Source: Armatimonadota bacterium
Lineage (GTDB): Bacteria > Armatimonadota > Hebobacteria > CAIYQO01
Length of the DNA stretch: 15,444 nucleotides
Assembly (NCBI GenBank): GCA_038248345.1
Contig: JBBRXO010000068.1
Coordinates: forward strand, 1-15,444
Direction: 5' to 3'
Shown: positions 1 through 7,136 of the stretch, in pieces
Numbering within the stretch: the stretch's first letter is position 1
Layout: each line of letters opens with the position of its first letter
Program-made: the position numbers and the translations under genes
The notes under the pieces: model-generated
The model's input: the letters and a program-made list of their open reading frames with translations, nothing else
What the model was told of the DNA's origin: nothing
Database searches by the model: none

Positions 1-39
1 CAATGGGCATTGCGCTCGCCGAATCAATTTTCGTAGTAG

Positions 40-73
40 AAAAAAAGGAGGGCAGCCATCCTGGCCGCCCCCC
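40..73 (-). terminator. Rho-independent terminator of hcp
   Basis: Minus strand reads GGGGGGCGGCC-AGGAT-GGCTGCCCTCC-TTTTTTT (11-bp stem with G-U pairs, 7-T tail), about 40 nt after the hcp TAA. Confidence 0.9.
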
Positions 74-112
74 AATCAAGTTAAAATGCGGTCAGGATGA
101 CCGCGTTTCATT

Positions 113-1753
113 TTACCCCAGTATCGCCTTCAAATCCGCATCTGCCGTGGTGGTGGGCATGATGTTGAAGTTCTCCACCAGCACGTTGAGGATGGCGGGG
201 GTGACGAAGGCGGGGAGGGTGGGCCCGAGGCGGATGTCGCGGATACCCAGGTGCAGCAACGTGAGGAGCACCACCACCGCTTTCTGCTCATACCAGCTGA
301 GGATTATCGACAGCGGAAGCTCGTTGACGCTGCAACCGAAGGCATCTGCCAACGCCACGGCGATTTTGATGGCGCTGAAGGTGTCGTTGCACTGCCCGAT
401 ATCCAGCAGGCGCGGCAGGCCGCCCAGGGTGCCGAACTCCAGCTTGTTGAAGCGGTATTTGCCGCACGCCAGCGTGAGAATGATGCAGTCCTGCGGGATA
501 TTCTCGGCCAGCTCGGTGTAGTAGTTGCGTCCGCTTTTGGCGCCGTCGCAGCCGCCTATCAGGAAGCAGCGCTTCAGTGCGCCGCTCTTCACCGCGTCGA
601 TGACTGTGGGGGCAACGCTCAGTACCGCTTCATGACCGAAGCCCACCAGGATGGTCTTTTCCGGGGCATCCTCGGTGAAACCTTCGGCAGCCAGTGCCGC
701 CTCGATCACCGGGGTAAAGTCCTTGTCCTCTCCGATATGCGCTACGCCAGGGAAGGCCACCAGCCCGGTGGTGAAGATGCGGTCGATATAGCTTGGCCGC
801 GGCTTCTGGATACAGTTGGTGGTCATCAGGATAGCGCCGGGGAAGGCATCGAACTCTTTCGCCTGATCCTGCCAGGCGCCGCCGTAGTTGCCTACCAGAT
901 GCGCATATTTGTGCAGTTCCGGATAGCCGTGGCACGGGAGCATCTCGCCGTGGGTGTAGATGTTGATTCCCTTGCCTTCGGTGGCTTTCAGCAGCAGTTC
1001 CAGATCGAGCAGGTCATGCCCGCTGACCACGATGGCCTTGCCCTTTATCGGGGTGACACGCACGGGGGTAGGCACCGGGTGGCCGTATTTGCCGGTATTG
1101 GCGGTATCCAGCAGCCCCATCACGGTGAGGTTGACCTCGCCGACCTTCAGTGTCATGGCAACTAATTCGCCCAGTTCGTAATTCTCGCGGCAGAGGAAGG
1201 CCAGTGCCTCATGGAAGAAAGCGAAGACTTCCGGATCTTGCTGCCCGAGGATGAGCGCGTGGTCAGCGTAGGCCGCCATGCCTTTCAGCCCGTAGGTGAT
1301 GAGCTCCAGCAGGCCGGTGACGTCGTCGCCAAACTTGGCTTTGCGGGCATCTACACCAGCGTCTGCACCCTGCTGTACTAGTCCCTCTATGGTTGCCGCC
1401 GGCACCCATTCCGCTGGGCCGCCCATCGGGGTGGCTGCGGGGGCCACTTCGGTCAGCTTCGCTGCTGCGCGCTGTTTTAGTGTGTACATTTCTTGCGCCA
1501 TCTCCTGCAAGCGGATGGGGTCGAAGTTGACGTTGGTGACGGTGGTGAAGAGGACTTTGATGACAAAGGCATCAACCTCATGGTCAACAACGCCGTAGCG
1601 GCGCAACTCATGCGCGATCATCCCCAGTCCTTTGACGCCGTAGAGCAGGCAATCCTGCAAGCGCGCCGTTGTTTCGTCTTTGCCGCACACACCGCCAGCG
1701 GTACAACCGGTCCCCCGGGCTGTCTGCTCGCACTGATAACAGAACATACTCAT
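113..1753 (-). CDS. hcp: Hydroxylamine reductase / hybrid-cluster (prismane) protein, class I, 546 aa
   Basis: N-terminal MFCYQCEQ with Cys spacing C-x2-C-x8-C-x5-C; motifs SGHDL, YTHGEMLP, TTNC, IGGCDG, TLACGK, GQCND, SWYEQKA. Start placed at the ATG at 1753 (MSMFC) because AAGGAG lies 6 nt upstream; the ORF-track start at 1798 falls inside the promoter. Confidence 0.97.
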   Translation of the reverse strand: MSMFCYQCEQTARGTGCTAGGVCGKDETTARLQDCLLYGVKGLGMIAHELRRYGVVDHEVDAFVIKVLFTTVTNVNFDPIRLQEMAQEMYTLKQRAAAKLTEVAPAATPMGGPAEWVPAATIEGLVQQGADAGVDARKAKFGDDVTGLLELITYGLKGMAAYADHALILGQQDPEVFAFFHEALAFLCRENYELGELVAMTLKVGEVNLTVMGLLDTANTGKYGHPVPTPVRVTPIKGKAIVVSGHDLLDLELLLKATEGKGINIYTHGEMLPCHGYPELHKYAHLVGNYGGAWQDQAKEFDAFPGAILMTTNCIQKPRPSYIDRIFTTGLVAFPGVAHIGEDKDFTPVIEAALAAEGFTEDAPEKTILVGFGHEAVLSVAPTVIDAVKSGALKRCFLIGGCDGAKSGRNYYTELAENIPQDCIILTLACGKYRFNKLEFGTLGGLPRLLDIGQCNDTFSAIKIAVALADAFGCSVNELPLSIILSWYEQKAVVVLLTLLHLGIRDIRLGPTLPAFVTPAILNVLVENFNIMPTTTADADLKAILG

Positions 1754-1793
1754 ATTGAACTCCTTTATGCTAGTTTGGCTAATATCTGCCCAA

Positions 1794-1822
1794 ATCATAG
1801 CAGATTTTTATCGACTTGTCTA
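1794..1822 (-). promoter_or_regulatory. Sigma70-type promoter of hcp
   Basis: Minus strand: TAGACA (1822-1817), 17-nt spacer ending in TGC, TATGAT (1799-1794), an extended -10 about 40 nt upstream of the ATG. Confidence 0.7.
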
Positions 1823-1992
1823 CCACTAAATCTGTCGTATTTAGTATATTTGCCAAAGAAGTCCAATATCCTTGTTGGTTTTTCGTACAATGTGTTAATT
1901 TGTGGCTTGTATGGCGAAGATGTCTTGTTGAAATTACAGAAAACCTTACTGTTGTTGGGGTTCGGGGAGATTTGGAGTGTTGGAAGGGTAAC

Positions 1993-2020
1993 AGATCAGA
2001 GTTTCAAGTCTCTGATCTAC
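1993..2020 (-). repeat. GTAG-type REP-like palindrome
   Basis: Perfect 9-bp inverted repeat AGATCAGAG (1993-2001) / CTCTGATCT (2010-2018); the minus strand reads GTAG followed by a hairpin, the layout of GTAG-family REPs. Confidence 0.55.
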
Positions 2021-2203
2021 CTAACCCCGGAATATTCCTACATACAAGTTGTAGATGATTGTAAAACCTCATTGACACCAGACCTGGGGAGTTGCCCCAG
2101 GGACAGATTGGATGCGAAACATCAAACCTAATGGTTTTGCAATTACCTCAAGTTGTAGATATTAAAAATAACGGGGTACTAATGGCAATAACCAATATAG
2201 GGA

Positions 2204-2307
2204 GATACTAACATAGCCTTGGGCGCAACCCGGGTAAGGGGTTAAAATCCTAAGGTGAAGCGTTCAAAAAGCCTACCCCGGGCTTCATCCGAGGCTATGT
2301 TAGTATC
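2204..2307. repeat. REPIN-like inverted doublet
   Basis: Perfect 16-bp inverted repeat GATACTAACATAGCCT (2204-2219) / AGGCTATGTTAGTATC (2292-2307); each arm continues into an imperfect hairpin ending in CCCGGG. Confidence 0.75.
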
Positions 2308-2496
2308 CGTTTGAAAGCTACTGTACCCTAGTAGCCTATATATTGAATCGGTTGTGGGCGAAGCTTTCTTTAGTGTTTGCATACAGACAACACTGGTTTG
2401 TCACTAGTTGGACGGAAACATATACATGGACTGCCGGAAAGGGTAATATAATGGTAACGGCTGATGCCGAAGAATCAAATGGAATGGTGATGTACG

Positions 2497-2928
2497 ATGT
2501 TGAATTTATCTTCTCAAGCTGATTATGCTATTCGTTCAATGATCGATATGGCGATGAATCCTGGGTTGCAGAGTACGCTACCCGCGATTGCGGATCGGCA
2601 GGGGATACCGCGCAAGTTTCTGCCGACGATATTTCAGTCACTGAATCATGCGGGGCTGATTAAACTGGTCACCGAAACTGGTGGGGTAGAGCTAGGGATG
2701 GTACCGGCGGAGATCACATTGAGGCGAATCATCGAAGTAGTGGATGGCCCGCATGAGTTGTACTTTTGCGAGATTCACGATAATGATTGCGCTGCGCGAG
2801 TGGCTTGCCGTCTGCGCGATGTCCTCTCCAATGCCAATGATATGCTATTGCAGAGCATTGAAAAAATCACGCTGGGCGATTTGATCCCCAATGATTGTAT
2901 GCTGCCCACAACTACAGAAAATGAATAA
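2497..2928 (+). CDS. Rrf2-family transcriptional regulator (NsrR/IscR-like, probable Fe-S ligands)
   Basis: LSSQADYAIR N-terminus, IADRQGIPRKFL HTH, ITLRRIIEVVDG, C-x6-C-x5-C, ITLGDL C-terminus; divergent from hcp. Confidence 0.92.
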   Translation: MLNLSSQADYAIRSMIDMAMNPGLQSTLPAIADRQGIPRKFLPTIFQSLNHAGLIKLVTETGGVELGMVPAEITLRRIIEVVDGPHELYFCEIHDNDCAARVACRLRDVLSNANDMLLQSIEKITLGDLIPNDCMLPTTTENE

Positions 2929-2946
2929 CGAAGGGACAGAAAAAAT

Positions 2947-3156
2947 ATGGATGGTACTTATCGCTCCGAAATTAACCCTGGTGATACGGTAGAGATAATA
3001 TTGAAGGCGGATCAGGCGACGGGTAAAATGACCCGCGGAGTAGTAAAAAGAATCCTCACCAGATCCTCCACTCATCCGCGCGGCATCAAGGTGATACTGA
3101 CCGACGGCCAGGTAGGCCGCGTATGTATGATAGTCGCCATGCCGAAGGTGCGGTAG
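2947..3156 (+). CDS. YwbE / DUF2196 family small protein
   Basis: Signature sequence ILKADQATGKMTRGVVKRILTRSSTHPRGIKVILTDGQVGRV, 69 aa. Confidence 0.9.
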   Translation: MDGTYRSEINPGDTVEIILKADQATGKMTRGVVKRILTRSSTHPRGIKVILTDGQVGRVCMIVAMPKVR

Positions 3157-3190
3157 TACAGCACCGCATAGAGCTGAATGATTTTTGAAA

Positions 3191-3213
3191 CACGAAGACA
3201 CGAAGGCACGAAG
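3191..3213 (+). repeat. Tandem CACGAAG x3 (8-nt period)
   Basis: CACGAAG at 3191, 3199 and 3207. Confidence 0.8.
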
Positions 3214-3359
3214 AGAGAATTGGGGGCAATTGGCGCTCCTAGGAATTCACATATATTCACCCCGAAGGCATGGCGGAATATACCCCAGGGCGGGAGCACT
3301 GGGAATGATATACCGGGGGCTGTACGCAAGGACAGTCCCCGATTGCGCACCACCACCTC

Positions 3360-3388
3360 TTGACACATTCCCCCATAATAGTTACGCT
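3360..3388 (+). promoter_or_regulatory. Putative sigma70 promoter of the RM gene
   Basis: TTGACA (3360-3365), 17 nt, TACGCT (3383-3388); 34 nt before the ATG at 3423. Confidence 0.5.
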
Positions 3389-3422
3389 GGATTCATCCAT
3401 TTATACCGGGAAGGATGCTGTT

Positions 3423-6400
3423 ATGACTGATGTGGTTGCCCCGCCGGAGTTGGCGATGCTGATTGAGCGGTTCAGCGAGCATATTGACGCCTATCGTGGG
3501 CTTGATTACAAGGAAGCGCAGGTGCGGCAGGAGTTTATTGATCCGTTTTTCAAGCTGCTGGGCTGGGATATGGATAACAACAACAGCTATGCCGAACAGT
3601 ATAAAGACGTGGTGCATGAGGATGCTATCAAAATCGGCGGAGCCACCAAGGCACCTGATTACTCCTTCCGCATCGGCGGGGTGCGCAAATTTTTTGTCGA
3701 GGCGAAGAAGCCATCGATGAATATCAAGGATGATACCGCCGCCGCCTACCAGGTGCGGCGCTACGCCTGGTCGGCCAAGTTGCCGGTGAGTATCCTCACG
3801 AATTTTGAGGAGTTCGCCGTATATGATTGCCGCAAGAAGCCGGAGTCAACCGACTCCGCTGCCACCGGGCGCATCATGTACTTCAAATTTCAGGATTATG
3901 TGAAGGAGTGGCCGCTACTGCTGGGCACGTTCTCGCGCGAGGCGATCCTCAAAGGCTCTTTCGATAAATTCGTCTCCTCCAGCAAAAACAAACGCGGCAC
4001 CAGCGAAGTGGACGAAGCCTTCCTGAGCGAGATTGAGGGCTGGCGCGACCAGCTGGCACGCAACTTCGCTTTGCGCAACCCAGATATTAGCCAACGCGAG
4101 CTGAACTACGCCGTGCAACGCACCATCGATCGCATCATTTTCCTGCGCATTTGCGAGGACCGCGGCATCGAACCCTACGGCCAGTTGCAGGCACTGCTGA
4201 ATGGCGAAGGCGTCTATCAGCGGCTGTGTACTATATTTGACCGCGCCGATGAACGCTATAACAGCGGCCTCTTCCACTTCCATACGGAGAAGGGACGCTC
4301 CGAAGCCCCTGATGGGCTATCCTTCTCGCTACTGCTCGATGACAAAGTACTAAAAACACTATTCAAGCGGCTGTATTACCCGGACAGCCCGTATGAGTTC
4401 TCTGTGTTGCCCGCCGATATCCTCGGGCAGGTGTACGAGCAGTTCCTCGGCAAAGTAATCCGCCTCACCGCCGGGCACCAGGCGAAGGTGGAGGAGAAGC
4501 CGGAGGTGAAGAAGGCGGGCGGCGTCTACTACACCCCCACCTACATCGTCGACTACATCGTGAAGAACACCGTGGGCACGCTGCTGGCGGGCAAAACGCC
4601 GCGGGAGGCGGCCACCCTGCGCGTGCTCGACCCCTCCTGCGGCAGTGGCTCATTCCTCATCGGCGCGTACCAGTTCCTGCTGGACTGGCATCTGCAATGG
4701 TACCTGGCCGATGGGGCGGAGAAGCACGGGTGCGGCAAAAGCGCCACGCTGCACCCCGCCGAGGGCGGCTGGCGGCTGACCACGGCGGAGCGCAAGCGGA
4801 TATTGGTGAATAACATCTACGGCGTGGACATCGACGGCCAGGCGGTGGAGGTGACCAAGCTCTCGCTGCTGCTCAAGGTGCTGGAGGGCGAGACCACCGC
4901 CAGCCTGACCAACCAGATGGCGATGTTTCGCCAGCGCGCACTGCCCGACCTGGGTGCCAACATCAAATGCGGCAACTCGCTCATCGGCCCCGACTTCTAC
5001 CAGCACAGCCAGCTGCTGCTGCTCGATGAGGAGGAGCACTACCGCATCAACGTCTTCGACTGGCACAGCGACAAACTCGGTTTTGGCAAGATAATGAAGG
5101 CGGGCGGGTTTGATGTTGTTATTGGGAATCCACCGTATGTTAGAATCCAAGCGATGAAAGAATGGGTGCCTGTCGAGGTTGATTTCTATAAGAAGAAGTA
5201 TTTATCAGCCAGCAAAGGAAATTATGACATATATGTCGTCTTTGTAGAAAAGGGATTGTCTCTGCTCAATCCGCAGGGATTACTGGGTTTTGTTTTACCA
5301 CACAAATTTTTCAACTCGCAGTATGGGGAAGCATTGCGTGGTATAATCGCTGATGGGAATCACCTGAAGGAAGTAGTACACTTTGGAAGCCAACAGGTCT
5401 TTCCTACCGCTTCTACATACACCTGCCTACTATTACTGCAACAATCCGATAGAAGCGTATTCCGATTCAGACAAGTGGATGACTTGGAATTATGGAAGAC
5501 CGATATGACTAGTTTTCCCGATATAAAAATCACGCAGCCAGTTGGTTCTTGCGAATGGAATTTCACTTCTCTCCTCGATAGAACTATCCTTGACAAGATT
5601 GAGCAACTTCCATATAGGTTACACGATGTCACACTGCGAGTTTTTCAAGGGCCTATCACCAGTGCCGACAAGATATTTCTCTTCAAAAAATGGAAGACCT
5701 CATTGGATAATAGCCAAATGGAAGTGTTTTCACAGGCATTAGGTTGCTGGATTACAATTGAGTCATCAATATTGAAGAAGGTTACACGTTCTGGTGATGT
5801 ATTGCCCTACTACGCGAAGAATTCTTCGTATGTGCTTTTTCCATATGCTGTGCAAAATGACCAGAAAGCTTATTTGCTTTCCGAATCTAATCTAGCTACA
5901 GATTATCCACTTGCATGGAATTACCTCTGCTGTAATCGAAGAGAATTAGAGAAACGAGAAAAAAAGAGTTTTCGTGATAATTCATGGTACCGGTTCGGCC
6001 GTACGCAAAACTTGGGGATGTGGGAACAACCGAAATTATTAGTGCCATACATGGTGAAACGTTTATGTGCATATATTGATACCAAAGATGACTTCTACTT
6101 TATCAACGTTACTACCGGCGGGTACGGCATTCTGTGTAACACCAAATATGCTTCACTTCAATACTTGTGTGGACTACTAAACTCGCGTCTACTTGGCTTT
6201 GCATTACGTCATTACTCTACGGACTTCCGTGGTGGTTATATTGCTGCAGGCAAGCAGTTTCTTGACAAACTTCCCATCCGCACCATCGACTTCGCCAACC
6301 CGGCGGAGGTGGCGTTGCATGAGCGCATGGTGGGGCTGGTGGAGACGATGCTGGCGTTGCAGCAGCAGCTGTCCGCCGCCACGCTGGAGCAGGGGCGCGA

Positions 6401-6506
6401 GCAACTGCGCCGCCGCATAGAGGCCACCGACGCGCAGATTGACGCGTTGGTGTACCAGCTATACGGGCTGACGGAGGCGGAGATAGCGGTGGTGGAGGGT
6501 CTTTAG
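3423..6506 (+). CDS. Type IIG (Eco57I/BpuSI-like) fused restriction endonuclease / N6-adenine methyltransferase with C-terminal target-recognition region
   Basis: N-terminal nuclease with EFIDPFF and PDY...VEAKK (PD-(D/E)xK); MTase motifs GVYYTP, VLDPSCGSGSFL, IYGVDID, VIGNPPY; C-terminal IDALVYQLYGLT helix. Start chosen at ATG 3423 (GGGAAGGA upstream) rather than TTG 3360. Confidence 0.93.
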   Translation: MTDVVAPPELAMLIERFSEHIDAYRGLDYKEAQVRQEFIDPFFKLLGWDMDNNNSYAEQYKDVVHEDAIKIGGATKAPDYSFRIGGVRKFFVEAKKPSMNIKDDTAAAYQVRRYAWSAKLPVSILTNFEEFAVYDCRKKPESTDSAATGRIMYFKFQDYVKEWPLLLGTFSREAILKGSFDKFVSSSKNKRGTSEVDEAFLSEIEGWRDQLARNFALRNPDISQRELNYAVQRTIDRIIFLRICEDRGIEPYGQLQALLNGEGVYQRLCTIFDRADERYNSGLFHFHTEKGRSEAPDGLSFSLLLDDKVLKTLFKRLYYPDSPYEFSVLPADILGQVYEQFLGKVIRLTAGHQAKVEEKPEVKKAGGVYYTPTYIVDYIVKNTVGTLLAGKTPREAATLRVLDPSCGSGSFLIGAYQFLLDWHLQWYLADGAEKHGCGKSATLHPAEGGWRLTTAERKRILVNNIYGVDIDGQAVEVTKLSLLLKVLEGETTASLTNQMAMFRQRALPDLGANIKCGNSLIGPDFYQHSQLLLLDEEEHYRINVFDWHSDKLGFGKIMKAGGFDVVIGNPPYVRIQAMKEWVPVEVDFYKKKYLSASKGNYDIYVVFVEKGLSLLNPQGLLGFVLPHKFFNSQYGEALRGIIADGNHLKEVVHFGSQQVFPTASTYTCLLLLQQSDRSVFRFRQVDDLELWKTDMTSFPDIKITQPVGSCEWNFTSLLDRTILDKIEQLPYRLHDVTLRVFQGPITSADKIFLFKKWKTSLDNSQMEVFSQALGCWITIESSILKKVTRSGDVLPYYAKNSSYVLFPYAVQNDQKAYLLSESNLATDYPLAWNYLCCNRRELEKREKKSFRDNSWYRFGRTQNLGMWEQPKLLVPYMVKRLCAYIDTKDDFYFINVTTGGYGILCNTKYASLQYLCGLLNSRLLGFALRHYSTDFRGGYIAAGKQFLDKLPIRTIDFANPAEVALHERMVGLVETMLALQQQLSAATLEQGREQLRRRIEATDAQIDALVYQLYGLTEAEIAVVEGL

Positions 6507-6590
6507 GTCTTTAGTCTCTTCTCGGTTATTTTCTGAACAACTTGTAGAGAATGAAGCAAGTTTTTAATGCCGGGTGGTGCAGAGAAGTCG

Positions 6591-6732
6591 TCCTCTATCG
6601 TTGTAATTCACAGGATATATGGATAATAGAGGATTATGAGGATAAGACAAACAGGGAAGTATTATCTCAAAATATTATTCTACCTTCTTATCCTGACTAT
6701 CCTCTTTATCCTTAAATCCTGTGAATTAAAGC
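6591..6732 (+). repeat. Inverted-repeat intergenic element, copy 1
   Basis: 13-bp perfect IR TAATTCACAGGAT (6604-6616) / ATCCTGTGAATTA (6716-6728), with internal GGAT and ATCC units at 9-10 nt spacing; homologous to 13190-13299. Confidence 0.88.
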
Positions 6733-6751
6733 GTTAGGGCATGATGCCAAG

Positions 6752-6980
6752 CCTTAGCGCGGCCCCGCTAAGGTATACAAATATTTAACCACGGAGTGGC
6801 GGTCAGGTAGCGCCCTTCAGTGTGCTTGATCTTATAGCCACATCCTTTAGGGTGTGGTGAACGTTTCCGCCACCCTTTCAGGGCGGAGATAATTAATGAT
6901 GCTCTAACCCGGCGCTTGCGCACCGGGCTAAAATGCGCCACCCCTTCGGGGTGGGACGCGCGCCAATGCGTAGATTGGCG
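6752..6980. repeat. Cluster of six short GC-rich palindromes (REP-like / IS200-IS605-end-like)
   Basis: Hairpins at 6752-6773, 6838-6857, 6866-6887, 6908-6927, 6938-6954 and 6961-6980. Confidence 0.7.
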
Positions 6981-7019
6981 TTCCCAGGGGGTGACAGAGA
7001 TGAAATGCTGCCATTGATC

Positions 7020-7048
7020 TTGACAATGACGCTTAAGTAGGATATTTT
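7020..7048 (+). promoter_or_regulatory. Putative sigma70 promoter of purA
   Basis: TTGACA (7020-7025), 17 nt, TATTTT (7043-7048); an alternative -10 TATACT lies at 7048-7053. Confidence 0.55.
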
Positions 7049-7074
7049 ATACTGTAACTACTATAGACTGTGGC

Positions 7075-7112
7075 GGATGTTAGACGGTTACACCGGCTAA
7101 CATCCTTTTTTT
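7075..7112 (+). terminator. Terminator-like hairpin in the purA leader
   Basis: GGATGTTAG (7075-7083) / CTAACATCC (7097-7105) plus inner CGGT/ACCG, followed by 7 T (7106-7112); 24 nt upstream of the purA start. Confidence 0.75.
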
Positions 7113-7136
7113 GTGAGTCAATGCGGAGGAGTAAAC

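Noticed and set aside
3..1598. Long plus-strand ORFs (3-521, 251-1165, 960-1181, 1296-1598)
   Set aside because: Antisense shadows of the GC-rich hcp gene with no recognisable motifs.
1493..2131. 212-aa and 80-aa plus-strand ORFs entering the hcp-Rrf2 spacer
   Set aside because: They cross the hcp start, promoter or palindromes, lack a clear RBS and have no recognisable protein features.
2427..2452. Full sigma70 promoter for the Rrf2 gene
   Set aside because: TATAAT at 2447-2452 is perfect but there is no -35 box at proper spacing, so it was not called as a feature.
3072..3430. Small ORFs upstream of the RM gene as a possible controller (C) protein
   Set aside because: No HTH pattern; they are translations of repeat and hairpin DNA.
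5075..6506. TRD shufflon (invertible specificity cassettes)
   Set aside because: Only one TRD is present; no silent cassettes, repeated recombination sites or recombinase in the window.
6591..6980. CRISPR array or integron attC array
   Set aside because: No identical direct repeats with regular unique spacers, no cas or integrase gene, and no cassette ORFs between the palindromes.
7050..7112. Known purine, ZTP or PRPP riboswitch
   Set aside because: Consensus cores are not recognisable and the leader is too short; kept only as an unassigned attenuator candidate.
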